A stretch of DNA of 60,000 nucleotides. Origin: Camelus ferus. Lineage: Eukaryota. Made by a program: the position numbers and the translations under genes. The stretch covers positions 55,864,001-55,924,000 of the forward strand of contig NC_045707.1 in the NCBI RefSeq assembly GCF_009834535.1, read 5' to 3'. This document shows positions 1 through 13,845 of the stretch, one piece after another (positions within the stretch are counted from its first letter, which is position 1; the number at the start of each line of letters is the position of its first letter). The notes beneath the pieces were generated by a model. The model saw only the letters and a list, made by a program, of their open reading frames with translations. It searched no databases and had not been told where the DNA came from.

Positions 1-2444
1 AGCACTGCTCACTTTCTGCAAGTAGAACAGTGCTTTGCATCCATTAGGCACATCTTATATATATTAAAATTAATAAAAACCCTTCCCTAAGAATTTTAAG
101 CTAAGTCGTGACTTACATGAATTTGACATTCTAAAATTGTGCACAGAAGGCCTGACTAATCAAAAATATCTGTCTGCCTACCCAGACACCTACCTATCTG
201 CCTATCTACCAATGTTGTAAAAAGAAATGGAATATATATTATAGAAGAAAAAGCAATGATCATTATCAAGGGACCCCATATTTAGTTACTACAACCGACT
301 TGGGCAAACCAACTTCATCTCTCTAGGTTTTAATCTGCTTATTTTATACAACAGAGGTTGTATTAGGTAATTTTAACAGAACTTTTCAGTTCTAAATTTT
401 AGTCATTTGAAGCAGATTTCTCCCAAATAAAAATATTAATATTCCTTTAAATGTTTATTTTTTAATAACCTGAGCACACTGAGTAGGAATATCAAGCACT
501 CAGTTACAGGCTTCCTGTCTGTTTATAGATTATTTTACCTTAACTATTCCTTTTTGATGCTGCACCCTGAGTCCATTTCCTACTACAGAGTGGGGAGAAA
601 ATATATTGAAACTATCTCATAAAAGTATATTGAATTACGCAGTCGTACCTCCCTTGGAAAATAAACGTACTTCTAATAATGGATGTATGTAAAAAAATTA
701 AAATAATCCAAGAGTACTAAGAAGAATCAGTTTTACACATGTTTACACAGAACATCTACCATCTTTTCCAAATAATGTACACAATAAAGAATTCGGTGCA
801 TTTTCTGTTAAATCTAAAACAAAAATTTCTCATAGGAGAAATACTCTCTACTACCACCACTGGAAAACAATTTTTTTTCAAGAATATAATGTAATATACA
901 AATAAATAAATAAAAAGTTAGAACTGGGTAAAGACAGACAAGCCAGTAAAATAAGGAGGCTAACTCTTAAAATTAATAGTAATTTTTTTTTCTAACGGCA
1001 ATTCAAATGAAGCAATGATGAAGTTTACAGGAGCTGAATGTGAAAAATCTAAAGCATATAATAAAATTATGGGAAACAATCTTAGACGATGCAGTGAGCA
1101 GAATTAGTTTGAGGTACAGGAAAAGAAAGCAACAAGATAGGAGAAAAAATTCCTTTTCTGTAAAATGACAAGAGGTCCTTTAGCGCTCAGAGAAAATAAT
1201 CAGGGAACTGCTTTAGCTCAGTAGGGGTACCCGAAACAGTATGCAAGAGAAAATACTAATTTAAAATACTTCATATAGGAAAGGATGAAAAAATAAAATA
1301 AATTCTGCACCAAATTTAAATTAGTTGACTATTGTTTTAACACAGCAATAAAAACTGCACTGTGAGACAAAATCAGGAGTGGTTACGCAGTATGCTGTGT
1401 GAAATTACATGCTGCGGGATGCTGGAAAGATAAAGTATCACAACACTAGGTTTATAAACATATACGCACAATATAAATACACAAATGGACCTGTGGTTGG
1501 TTAAGAGTATCCTCCATTTTATTATTTCCATTTTCCACACTCGTAGCCTGTCACTGATTTATTTTTACTAGTTGGAAAATGGAAGGAAGAATTTAATATT
1601 ATATAAGCATATGAGCTTTATTTCCTCGAGACTTTTCATTTCCATCCACCTTTAAGTTTACTACTTGATAATAACTAACACATCAAAGACAAGAATGGTC
1701 AAAAAAATTAATTCTATTTTCCAAGGGATCAGCAAAGTAAAGGCTTTTTGGCTCCTTGAAAGCCATTCCAAATGCAAATCTGGTAGAAATCAGCACATTT
1801 TACCCATCACTAAACCAGATACACACTTCGTCTCTCTGAACATACAACTTACTCCTAATGATAGCGTGGAGTGTGACAGAGTTGTTACATAAGGCCATTC
1901 TGGACTGATTAAGACCAAGGATAAACTAAGTGAGAGAGACGTCCTCTTACAGTTTACAGACAACCCTTTACAGTTTTTATTCTTGACCCCAATCTGAGGC
2001 ACGTACAACTTTATCTTCCAGTAAGCAAGAATTTGAGGCCAAATGTAAGCCTCTAAAACTTCAAAATGAGGCATTCAATGAACAGTATCACTTAGAATGA
2101 AAAGAGAGCTAGTATTTTAATTATATCCCATGCATCAGACAAGGAGTGAGATGATTTCCTGGTAAGACCTCATTTAAACTCCAAACTGAACTTGAAAAAA
2201 AAAACAAAACTGTGAAAATGCCTTTCCCCGCTGAAGTCCTATGAAAATTACTAAAGGGAAACATAACGCACAGCCCTTGTTAATGTGACTGCTTTGAACA
2301 AGAACGTAAGACTGCAGCACAAGGCTAACTCTGCAACAGCAAAGTCAACACCCTCTCAGAATGTTCTTTGACAACAAAACCTAAATCTCATATCAACATT
2401 CATAGGAAATGTGGGGGACATGGAAAAAACTATCAACCACTCAC

Positions 2445-2526
2445 CATAATGCATGTAACAGTTTCCTTTGGTGGGATCCAGCTCAATAGCCTTCAAGAAG
2501 AACTTTTCAGCCTCACTCTTACGACC
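2445..2526 (-). CDS. TMTC2: TMTC2 coding exon (82 bp, approx. exon 9): GRKSEAEKFFLKAIELDPTKGNCYMHY(G)
   Basis: Manual translation. Acceptor ttttctctgttttcaag|GGT, donor G|gtgagt. 27 codons plus 1 nt. Typical TPR helix-B ending AIELDP. Absent from the ORF track. Confidence 0.96.
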
Positions 2527-4070
2527 CTTGAAAACAGAGAAAATGGATGATTCAGCAGTGGATCATAAGGGACTCGTCACCTCCTGGGCCCAAATGAAGC
2601 AGACTCATGTCTACTTGGTAATCATCTTTTTTTTTTTAAGTGTTTTCTTTTTATCTAAACGAGGATGATCAAGGAGGATATGCTGAGAGAGAAGACCGAG
2701 GTCAGAACCCCTGGGAAACATCAAGATTAGAAGAAGAGACAGTGAGAGTGAGTTCATCCAAGAAGGCAAAGAGAAGAGACCAGGAGAGCAAGAGAAAAAA
2801 GTGAAAAAAATGGTTTCACAGAAACCAAAAGGATAAGATAGTTTCAAGGAATGGTGGGAAACATATTTTTATTTTCTATTTTATTTACTCCTTTCAATTT
2901 GTTTCGTCTTCATTCATTGATTCTTCCTTGCAAAGGATTATCACCATTTTAGCTTCTGAGATGATTCTGTCTTCAGTTTCACACTCTATATATGAAGACA
3001 CTAAGTCATGATTTATTCAGTCTCAAGCAACTACTGTTTAACCTCGTTGCTGTCATTCAGGACTACAACACTCCTAATCAGGATTTAATCTAAAGCTGCA
3101 TCTTCTTCCCAGCTATGGTTTTAAGTAAACATTACTATCATCTTCAGAAGAAAATAAGCAAAAAGTAGGGGGAAAGGCTTATATGCAATAAACTCATTTT
3201 TCATTAAACAATATCATAATCCAGGCAGATTCTAAAACTATACATTCTTTAGCTTCTTGAACCAAAAAAGAGGTGGCTCAAGGTAGGAGAATAGCCCAAA
3301 GAAGAACTTTCCTATAACAGTTCTGTCTTGTCTTACAAGGTTGGAATGAAGATTTATGATGACTGGGCAAAAGCAAGGGACTGGTTGGTGTCCAGAAGCT
3401 ACAATGTTATCTGCTTATTCTTTCTAATTTATACACCATCTACCACATGAACTTCAGGTGATATCTTTTTTCCCTTCGCATATATTTTTAAAACCACTGT
3501 TATGGAGATAAATCTTCCAAATATAGAGGCGTCTAGTTAACCTAACATTCTACATTTCAGGCAACTTTGAGTCATTTCTCCATATGGCCTCTCCTTTTTG
3601 TTTATTCATTCATTTAAAACAATTTTTTAAATAAAAATTCCCTGTTGCTGTATCCTTTATTCACCCATGATCCCTGCAGCTATTGATAATCAAATTACCA
3701 GTCAATTCCCTTCCTCCTTTCCTCCATTTTGATAGTGCTACTCTAGCCAATAACTCCTCTTAAATTCACAAGTCTTGTCCAACCCCCAACAACTAAAAAT
3801 TCCCCACAATATTTCTCACAGCACTTCAACTTCAAAGGAAAGCACAGGCAAAATACTTGCCACACATCTCACACTTTGATGAAGTTAGTAAGAATCAGCT
3901 AGCATCTTAGCAAGTTAGGATTCTCTACAGGATTAAACAGCTGCGATGAATCGGGCAGCCTCACATATGAGTTAAGAGCAGAGATTCCGATAAACTGAAC
4001 ACTTAGGAAGCTATGTGACCCTTAGAAAATCATTTTATCTCTTGGCTCTAATTTTCTCTATGACAAAAGA

Positions 4071-4395
4071 GAGGACAGGTGGAGCACAGAGGACTTTTAG
4101 GGCAGTGAAACTATTCTGTGCAATACTGTAATGGCAGATACATGTCATTATACATTTGTCAAAACCCGTAGAACACATGACACAGAGAGTGAACCCTAAT
4201 GTAAACTATGGCCCTTGGTCAATAATAATGTATCAGTATTGGCTCATCAATTGTAACATGTGCAACACGAGCTCAAGTTGGTACAATTAGGGAAACTGTG
4301 TAGGATGGTAGGAGTGTGACAATATAGGGCAATTCTGTACATTTTGCTCAATTTTTTTTATAAACCAAAAACTGCTCTAAAAATAGTCTACTATT
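4071..4395 (+). mobile_element. Old L1 (L1MC/L1MB-like) 3' UTR fragment
   Basis: gggcagtgaaactattctgt...tacatttgtcaaaaccc...gtgaaccctaatgtaaactatgg is characteristic of L1M 3' ends and resembles 27270-27460. Confidence 0.8.
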
Positions 4396-7300
4396 TTTAA
4401 TAAGGATAATAAAATCTGTTTTATGAGTACTGAATTCTCTGAAAGGATACACATAAAGCAGTTATTCCAGTACACAGGCCTATTTTAAGTTTATAATAAA
4501 TGTTAACTGTCATTTTATATGTAGATATATACATCCATATATGTTTATAGTCTGCAACAGAATGTAGAGTTCTGAGTGACACAGAGTATGTTGTGTTATT
4601 CACACAGCCTCAAAACACACGGTCAGCCTTTAAATCATCACTGGGAAATAATGTACAAGGAACTTGCAGAAGATAATAAAAGATGCAAAACGAAAACTAC
4701 CATCAGTGTAGAGACTGCACACATGTTATATGCAAAAGTATAAAAGGGTCTGTGAACTTCCTTTCATTTAAGTTTAAAGGATAGAAGAGAAGAAAGTGGC
4801 TCATTTATCAATGTCACAGTAAACAGGGCAGTAAAATTCTTACGTGTAGTCCACTGGCAAAGCTATAGTACGTAGCATTAAAAAATGCATTAGAACTCAA
4901 AGGACAGCGGTCTCAGATTACTCAAATGAATCAGGTTATTAAAGGCAATGAGTCCGACTACCTCCTAAATGCAAAACAAATACATTGAAGGCCAGAAGAG
5001 TCTTTTGAGGGGGAGTATCAAACCATCATGCAAGAACCGATCTTTCTGCTCTGACCACTATTTATTCAAGTGCCAAATAATGAGGAAAATACAATTCTCA
5101 TGAGGGAATATAAAATCAAGAGTCAGCCAAATGCATAAGTCAACCAAACATACACAATACTGGGTCTTAGGAAGGGGTGGTTGGGAGGTAACACTGCATT
5201 TAATCAACTTTACTCTTCTCACTATTACTATTATAGACGGATGGTAGTTAAGAAAGTGGAGAAAAAAGTCATTCTCAGCAGTTTTCTCTTGGTGTCTTTT
5301 AGATCATGTCAGTGTTCGCTACAAACAACCGATACAGATTAGTCACTGGTTGTACAAACTCCTGACACCAAACACCATTACTGGTTTTGTATATTGGTTG
5401 GGATGTTTGGGCACATGTGATGGTTCAGAAAACCAAGAAAAAGTGACTGCAGTCAGCTGTGACAAACAAGAGAAGTGGGAGCAGAGAGGCTTGGTTTCCA
5501 CTGCCAGGTCTGACTTATTTGCTTGTTCATGTGTTTTTGTAGGTTAATTTTTTTTTTAATTTGATGCCTACCATTTGCCTTGCACTGTTCTAAGGACTGG
5601 AAATAAAACATACAGCCGTGAACAACACAGAGTGCTTGCTTCCAAGCCCTAGTCACAGGAGGCACAGAGCAAACAAATAACCCAATCAGCAAGGGAATGT
5701 CACAGAGCACTGAGACCAAGGACTTTCATCATCAAATAAGGTGGTTGGCAAGTGGAATTTCAAGTTTGCAAAGTTGTAATCCTAGGAAAGTATTTAACAG
5801 TTTGCACATGACAATTCAGTATCCAAACACACGGCAGTTAAAATAGCAAAAACTAAGTATGCTGACACAAAGAGTGACCGACGGTGCAAAAGATGAGAGA
5901 GTCAAGGATATCAAACAGAGCTATCAAAATACTTGGTAAAAACTTTAATCTTAACATCAGAACTTTGAACAATTTTAGATAAGACATTCTCTGCAGTTAG
6001 CATATTAGTGCTGATATGAAGAATTAACCTGTCGTACTTAAAGCAGCACGAATGACTTTGGGATCAAGGGGAAGAGCTAGAAAGGTAAGAAAAGAGGAGA
6101 ACTGACCAGAACCAGTGCAGAGACATCTTCCTGGCCAAGGGCTGCACCAGTAATTCGAGCTGAGGGATTTGAGATGATCAATATGTTTATATTATTATAA
6201 TATTTGTAGCACTGTATTGAGTATTAAAAACACACACTCAAGATTAGTATCATTTAAACTCATGAAAAACAGTATCATTAATGAGGACTAGGCTTTGTCA
6301 GGTCCTCTTCTGAATGGCAGCAATAAAACATATACATGTAAGATATTCAGGAAAGTTTAGACAGACTGTTTCACAGCATAGGATTCATTTTCAGCTCATT
6401 TATTTTGTTTTCTAATTAAACTGGAAGCTGCTACCACAGTTCAGAAATAGGTGCCTACCCCTGAGTGGGTGTACAAGGCAAACAGTATCTCTTCTGATGG
6501 CTGATCAATACCTTTCCAACTACAACATACAGAAATATTAAAAAAATATATATACATATATTTATATACACATATCCCCTCCCCCCAAATACTCCTGGAA
6601 CTCTTACTTGACAAAGCACTCAGGAATATTAAACAAGAGAGAATTATACTATTAACGGTTTCAGATTGAACTGTTGTCTTTTAAAAAGTAAACCATACAC
6701 CAAATTTCGTACTTATTTTTAGTAATAAATTACTCATTGTATCAACCACCCCTCCCAGTGTGTTTTGATGCCATAGCTCAGAACTGCTATTTTACTGAAT
6801 GAACCTGAAAACAGCGCAACTTTGCACTGTTACGCTGAATTATGAATATACACACACATACGGTGTAATTACTGAATCCATCTTGTCTTATAAACTAGAC
6901 TACTCACTCCTGTAAGATACTACTTTTCTCCTAAAGCCATCCGAGCATGCTGTAAATATAATTACCAGTCAACAAGTAAACGAGCTACTGCTGTTTTCTT
7001 ATATATAACTTAATAGAATAAAGTTACTCCTTAGTTATCTAGTTTGCATGTTTTCAGTAAACTGCAGAGCTGTGAACACAGCAGTAACTTCTCCTTTTTA
7101 CCTCTGGAAACTGGCACATGAACTAAGGTCTACAGATCTATAAAAAGATCTTGGAAGTAGCCTGATTCTCAACCAAATAGTGACATTGTAACGAGGGACC
7201 ACCTGGGCCTCCAGCACTGGCAGGGACACCAATGAGACTAATACGAAGAACAAACCACAGCACTGCCCTTAGGTGGCCCCACTCACATTTAGAAGCTGCT

Positions 7301-8719
7301 TTAAGGTAAATTGTAGAAGAGTCTTCTTCTGTGACTGTGTGTCCAGCAGCCACTTCCATACATTCAGTGTTTACTTTAGAGGACTGTCTGGCAATTGTGA
7401 ATGTCAGTCAATTTTCACAACCAGTGACAATCACATCTTCAACTATGTAGCCAACAGATAAGAAAGGGAAGCAGTTGATAAAATGGGTCCAAAAACTAAT
7501 GTGTAGTTTGGTAAATGTGCTGTTTAAACCTGTCTTATAGTCAAATGAGTATAAATGAAAAAGTAGTGAAACAGTCTTGAAAAATTAATTTGTGAACCCC
7601 AACATTTACAAATAGAGAAAGCATTATTTGATAGTCTATCTTAACATCAGTCTTTATATGCAATGTGTCTTCAGGATATAAAAGTGTTTCTTCCTCACAA
7701 GAAAAATATCATTAAAAAAATCTAACAGTAGAATTAATTCTTACAAACCAAGATGATTTACATCAAAGCATTTAGTTCTAAAGTCCCTCCAAGTCATTAT
7801 ATATAATCAGCCAGAGTTAACCATAATTAGAGGCAAAGTGAAGGGACGGGCAGTGGTAACTTTCATGATGAAATATTGTTATCTCCAAACTACTGAAACA
7901 TTTTCCATCAAATTATTAGAGACCTAAAATTTGACCATGATACTCATTTTTTTTTTTTTAGGGACAGATAATATTTCTTGCGGAAATCTTTAAAATAAAA
8001 TGGAATAAGGCTACCAGATACAGAAATAAATGTGGGTAAACCGTGTACTGATAATAGCTTGTGTGTTTCCTCCCTGAATTGTCCAAGTTTCACTTTCTAT
8101 ACATGTCAGGCCTTTTGTTATCTGTTTTCCTAATTGTCACAAAGCAGAAGCTGCCTGAGAGATACCTGAAGGTTATTGTCATAAGCTTAAGCTCAATGAA
8201 AATGTGTGTCCAATGACACAGAGGGCAGGTGGTGGCGACAAGGCGTGCCCTCAGTGTGTTCAGGAGCAGCATCCAGAGAAGCTGTTGAGACCTCAACTGG
8301 GAGGGATGGCTCTGGAGTGTACCTAGGGCAAGGCTGGATCCCAGAACCAGAACTCCCAACCTGAACAAAGCTTCTCTGAAAAGCATCCCATCCCAGGTCC
8401 TACTGCGGAACCATCAGATTTCAAGGTAGAGGTATCAGCTTAGGCCATGATGACCAAGTCAACCTCCTTCATAGCTTTCTGAGCACCATTAAGACTCCCA
8501 GATTTAGGTGAACACTTGGAAGGAGAGGAGGTCACAAAACTGGCTGAAATTAAATGGCTGACCAAGTGGGATGAAAAGCTGCAATAGACCAAACTTCAGT
8601 CAAAGAAGTTAAAGTGGGTCATCCACATGCAGCTGGGGTCCTGGCTCAAACATCAGACACGCTTCACGAGCAGCGGGCACAAATAAGCAGTTTGCAAATA
8701 CCGAAAAATAGAGCCCGAT

Positions 8720-9245
8720 ATCCCCATTAAAAACATGTTAAACTTAACTCAATATTCAGTTCACCTAAAATGTAAATTAATACATTGAGATGCTATTATT
8801 CATCTATCAGTGAAATTGTCCCCAAATGACAGAACTCGATATTCCTGAGGGTTCATAAAAACAGACACTCAGATAATACATGGCTAAAATACAGTAAAAG
8901 ACAAGACCTTCCTGGGAGCAATCTGATATGGATCAAAGCCTTTAAGTCAAAGATACACTTGGGCCAAACAATTCTATTTCCAGGCATTTGCCCTAAGGAA
9001 ATATCTATAAATACCAAGAGATGGCTATTTATTTTCATTGCAGTGTTGTTTATACAGATTCAGTGTCCACTAGCACAGGCTTGATTAATCAAATGTAATT
9101 TCAATGAAATATTATGTATCTATTAAAACAACTTTGTAGAAATTATTTAAACCACAAGAGATTTTCATTATTCATTGCTAAATGAAGCAAGTAGGTTGTA
9201 AATTATAGTTTATACCCTAATGATAATTCTTTCTAAAAAAAAAGC
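8720..9245 (+). mobile_element. Ancient L1 (L1ME-like) 3' fragment
   Basis: Degenerate ORF2 C-terminal and 3' UTR motifs, e.g. caattctatttccaggcatttgccctaaggaaata and ttcattgcagtgttgttta. Confidence 0.6.
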
Positions 9246-9464
9246 TGAAGGAATACCTGTATCACTGGCTCATCTTACTCTGGGGTTTCAAAGGTGAATG
9301 AGCGGGTTGGGCCTTTGGTGTTTAGAGACTGTGACTGAGGGAAGGACACATCTAGAGGGGACTCTTAAAAAATAGTGCTGTGTGAATGTCATCTAGGTGT
9401 CTCGAGAACACAGAATAACTGAGTCTCCTGAGAAGGGAAAGGGAATGCTTTAGAGATGTGACAT

Positions 9465-10700
9465 TTCACTCCACAGAAATGTCTTGAGCGCCTGCTATGG
9501 AACAGGCTGTGTTCCAGGTCTTGGTAATGATGACAAAGTTCCTGCTGTCCTGCAGTCCACTCTACTGGTGGAGTGATAGTTCACACACCAGCAGGGGACA
9601 CTCTCAGCCTAAAGCAGTTTGGTTAAAAAAAAAAACAAAAAAAAAACACAGGCTAATAACATAGGAAAGAGTAATACACATTGTGGGTGGGGTGTTTTCT
9701 GATAAAGTGGTTAAGAAAGGCCTTTGATGACACCTGAGAAGTGACCTAAGTAAAGGGAGTGAGTGAACCACGCAAAGGTCTGGCATGTCTGGAATGTCAG
9801 GGCTTACCAAGAAAACCAATATGGCGGCAGCAGAGTAAATGCCACAAAGAATCACAGGAAATGAGGGTGAGAGTTAGGGACCAGACTGTGTAGGACATAC
9901 AAGGCACTGGAAGGTATTTGGAATTAATTTTTCTTTTTTGGTAGTAAAATTCACAGTTTCAGGACTAGATGCCACATGTTGCTTTGATTCATAGCATTTC
10001 CTCGGTGTTAACCAGCAAAGCATCGAACAGCCTCTGGGAACTGCACAAAATATGGAACAATTCTCGAGTGTGTGGCATCCTTGCATGGAGGCCATGCTAA
10101 TCCTCTCTGTGTCATTTCAATTTTGGTATATGTGCTGCTGAGACAAGCCCTGGAATTTCTTTTGACTAGGAAGGAACACCGTGGAGGCTTTTAAGTAGAG
10201 GTACAATATGATCTCACTTATATTTTTACCAGAATACACTATAGTTGTTGGATGGAAAACTGACTGGAGGGGACACAGAAGAGACAATAGGGAGACCACT
10301 TAGGAGGTTATTAATATTCCACGGCTAAGGTTAGGGTGAAAGCAGTGGAAACAGTGAGATGTGGTTAGATTTGGAGTATCTTGCAGATAGGTGACTGATG
10401 GATTGGGTAGGGGTATAACCTAAAAACAGGAGTCAAAGATGACCCCACAGCTTTGGCTTGTGGCTCCAGGTGAATGCAGGAATCATTTATTCACATGGGA
10501 GAGATGTCATTGAAGTGAGTGTTGGTGGGAAGACTGGTGTGTAGTGGAGTAATCAAGTTCTGTTTGACCAGGATGCTGGGGCATGAGAATATGGAGGCCT
10601 AATGAAGAAGGACCGGCTGGGGAGGAGGCCACAGACCAAGCACTGGCAAGAAAGAGGAACACCCGATGTCTGGTACCCTGCCTGAGAAGAAAGTAAAAGA
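9465..10700 (-). mobile_element. L2 LINE remnant interrupted by the U6 chimera
   Basis: L2 3'-end motif (tgagcgcctgctatg...caggctgtgttccagg) and purine-rich L2 body (ggaggcttttaag...atgatctcactt, ggagtcaaagatgac). Confidence 0.75.
10047..10150 (-). pseudogene. U6 snRNA pseudogene (near full length, diverged)
   Basis: Plus strand aaaatatggaac...catccttgcatggaggccatgctaatcctctctgtgtcatttcaattttggtatatgtgctgctgagacaagccc aligns along its whole length with the reverse complement of U6, including the ACAGAGA box and TTAGCATGGCC. It has many substitutions and sits inside an L2 with no evident U6 promoter. Confidence 0.93.
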
Positions 10701-11509
10701 CAGCTTGCAAGAATGCAAAGAAGAAAGCAAAAATGGGCAAAAACAAAAACAAAAACCTCTTGTATGTCAATCATGTTTCAATAAAAGGGGAAAAGAAGGA
10801 TTTTAAATAATTATTTAAACTAAGTAACTTGCCATTCATAAATATTTAAAATATCTGATAAATAAAAAAATTAAATTATATGTTGCTTTCTACACAGCTT
10901 TGACATTATGATTTCAAGTTAGATTTCAAGGTGTAAATACAAATAGCAATTTCTAAAATGTGACATAACTGAAGGTGTTCAGCTCATTCAGATTTCCTTT
11001 TATATAACAAGTTTTCATCTCCTTTCTACATCTGCTCACTTGTATATTTTCCCTTCAAGATTAAAGAGGTCATCCACACATAGTGTAATAACATTTTAGT
11101 GGGAGATAATTAATTTGAAAGGACACAACCACAGCTTAGGCTCCATCTGGGCAAACTGCTTAGGCTGTTACATTGTACTGCTATACTAAACTCTAAGTCA
11201 AGTTAAAGCCAACATCTTAGCAAAACACTTCTCCATCCATAATATCAGCTGATGAGAACGATATTCAGATATGTCTGAGGAAGTTGTGGTGAAGTAAGGA
11301 GAAACTGTGTTTGAATCAAATTTATAATTAAATTGTAGATAAATACATACTAAAATTTTATCTGAAAATTATGCAAACCATTTTTAAATCAAAATTGGCT
11401 ATTTTCAGACTTTAGAATAATACATATAATTTACCTTTGACTCACAGACCAACAGAAAAAATATGTCTGCTTGAAATTAAAACAATAAACTTTCAGCAAT
11501 TCATTAAGT

Positions 11510-12560
11510 TTATTCATTGATTTCCTTAATTCAACAAATATTTATTGGGCACTGGGTCAAGCACTAGGATGAAAATGGTGAATAAGGACATGACCCTTGC
11601 CCTTGTGAAGCATCCAAAATTGTAGCTGTTATGAGGATGACAAAAACAAAGACTGAATTTCACCTCAAATCTAGTTGAAGAAATCAGGAAACGTTTCCAA
11701 AGGAATTGCTGCTTGCTCTAGAAATCTGAAAGCTGAGTATGATTAACTAGTGAAGAGGAGACCAAAGTATTCACAGTAGAGACACAGCAAAGGTAAAATC
11801 TATGTGGCAAGAACCCCAAAACACTGCATTGAGCCCAGGATGCCGGAGGCAGAGAGGAGGAGTAGAGACAGATCATGTGAAAAGAACAGTCTGGCTAATG
11901 GGTTACAGCAAGGACTCTGTCCTGGTCTGTTCTGTAAATATCACTCTGAGGGCAGTGTGACAGAGATTGTGATGGGAATGGAAGGGATGTAGGCAGATTA
12001 ATCCAGACTTTTAAAAGAGAGTGATGGGGTTGATAATGAAGATGACGATTAGGGGACCAACAGGAGGCATACTTGGGTAATCCAGATAGGGTTACATGAT
12101 GGATGGGAGAGGGAGGGGGCGTGGGGAGAGAGGCGAAGGTTGCAAAGATGACCTCAGGTTTCTGATTCTGAAACTGAGACAAAGCTGGTAAATAATAGAA
12201 AAAGATCAGGTTAAGGAGAGAGCTTATGAGCTCAGTTTTGAGACTTGTAGAGACTGAGGTACATTTGAGACATCTGAGCTAAGTAAACTAAACCAAAGGT
12301 GTGGTTTACTAATCAGGCTGAATCAAGACAGCTAAGGTATAGTAAAACAATATTTTCAAGAAGCTATAAGTAGTCAATTATGTCAATTGCTGAAAAACAC
12401 CCAGTGGATTTAGTGACACAGAGATCACTGGCAGGTTCAGTCAGGTGAATTTCTACGGCCAAATAGGTCCTGAAACCTGAAGGACTGAGGGGAAGTTTGG
12501 AGAGAGGAGTGAGGAAATAGATACCCTCAGTCAACACATCTGGCTCTGAAGGAGACGGGG
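11510..12560 (-). mobile_element. L2 LINE remnant
   Basis: ttcaacaaatatttattgggcact L2 terminus followed by L2 body motifs (aagatgacctcaggtttctga, atgagctcagttttgagac). Confidence 0.75.
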
Positions 12561-13339
12561 AGTGACCGTGTCAGCAGATGGGGATGAGACAGAGTGAGTG
12601 CTTCGAAAAAGAACACAGAAAATCAAAACATAAATCACAACTGGGCATAAAAATTAATGACTTGAGTTTTTTTTTTTTTTCCCTAGTTTAACTGACCATT
12701 AAAAGAGAAAATAACCCCCAAAACTCTATTTCTAGAATTCTTCGTTAACTCTCCAATTATGGCCATGGCCAAACTAAAGCAGTCCAGAGTTCTTTACCCT
12801 GAGTCAGCTCCTCCTGGTGCTCTAACAGCACTTCATTCCCGCTTTTGTTGTGACACTTCCCATATGCAGGCTAATTACCATTTGTTATCTTCCTGTCTAA
12901 TAGTAAACCACTTTGGACTTGTTTAGTCAACACTTAGCCAAGGGCCAGATGCATAGTAGGTGGTCATAAATGCATGAAAATGTTAAGTATCTTGGAAAAG
13001 CAAACACTCAAAACACTCTTCAGAAATGCATACTTTCACTGGGAAGTCCTGTTGCCTTAATGACAGAGGACATAAGTTTCAGTGGGTAAATCTGACTACA
13101 TCTGGAGGCCTGAGTGATACCCTGAATGTCAACCCTGTCGTCACTGTCAACAGCTGCTCTATACAAGGGGGAAAAAATAGAAACCACAGTTTTTATCAGC
13201 ATTCTGTGGTCCATAAGATGGCACCACAAGTTCACAGAAAATAGTTTCCAATAGGGAACTTTGCTTTAGATGGATAAAGTGGTCCCTGGGATCTCCACTT
13301 AGGGAATGAGTGCAATTGGAAAGCCCCTGAACCTCAGCT

Positions 13340-13712
13340 GTTAGCAACGACGCCACCCGTTCGGCTGGGGTGTTTGTGCAGTGGGCGCTTCCGGTTTGCC
13401 ATGAGAACTCACTGGACCCCTCCGTCGCAAGCGGTTTATCAACGGCAAAGGAAAGCGGCTATGTTGATCGGTCCCCACAGAGCCGGCCTTGGCTCATGGA
13501 GCTCAGGGCTGACACGCTGGCTGCAGAAGTTTAAATCCCTTGGGGATGGTCAAGAGAGCTGCGCTGTGAGAGTGGAAAAGCAAGAGCCTCGACAACAGCT
13601 GCTTTGCAGCTGGGTCACAAAGGAAGCGAGAAATCCCGACACCGTAAAAGGTAGCGGATGATGGGAAGGCAGTCTCTGCGCCTCCCCGTTTGTCACTGGC
13701 AGGGTGCCGCTG
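13340..13712. promoter_or_regulatory. Small intronic CpG-rich patch (candidate regulatory element)
   Basis: About 23 CpGs in about 370 bp by manual count, against a CpG-depleted background. Contains ETS-like gcgcttccggt. Confidence 0.5.
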
Positions 13713-13845
13713 GCTCTCAAATCCAAATGCTCTCACAGGAGAATAAAGCCAGATGTAAATAATTCCCTAATTTTAGACTTTTTTCTTTTTGGTAGAAATC
13801 TTCTGCAGTAAAGGACAGAGTGTTATTTAACTTATTTAGACACAA

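Noticed and set aside
7021..7090. Imperfect ~70-nt inverted repeat (aagttact...agtaactt)
   Set aside because: The central pairing is too interrupted to call a miRNA, and I recognise no mature sequence.
9586..9603. CTCF-like motif ccagcaggggacact
   Set aside because: Mismatch in the GGC core, lies inside an L2 remnant and has no other support.
10047..10150. Functional U6 snRNA gene
   Set aside because: Numerous substitutions, no evident PSE/TATA upstream, and retroposition hallmarks.
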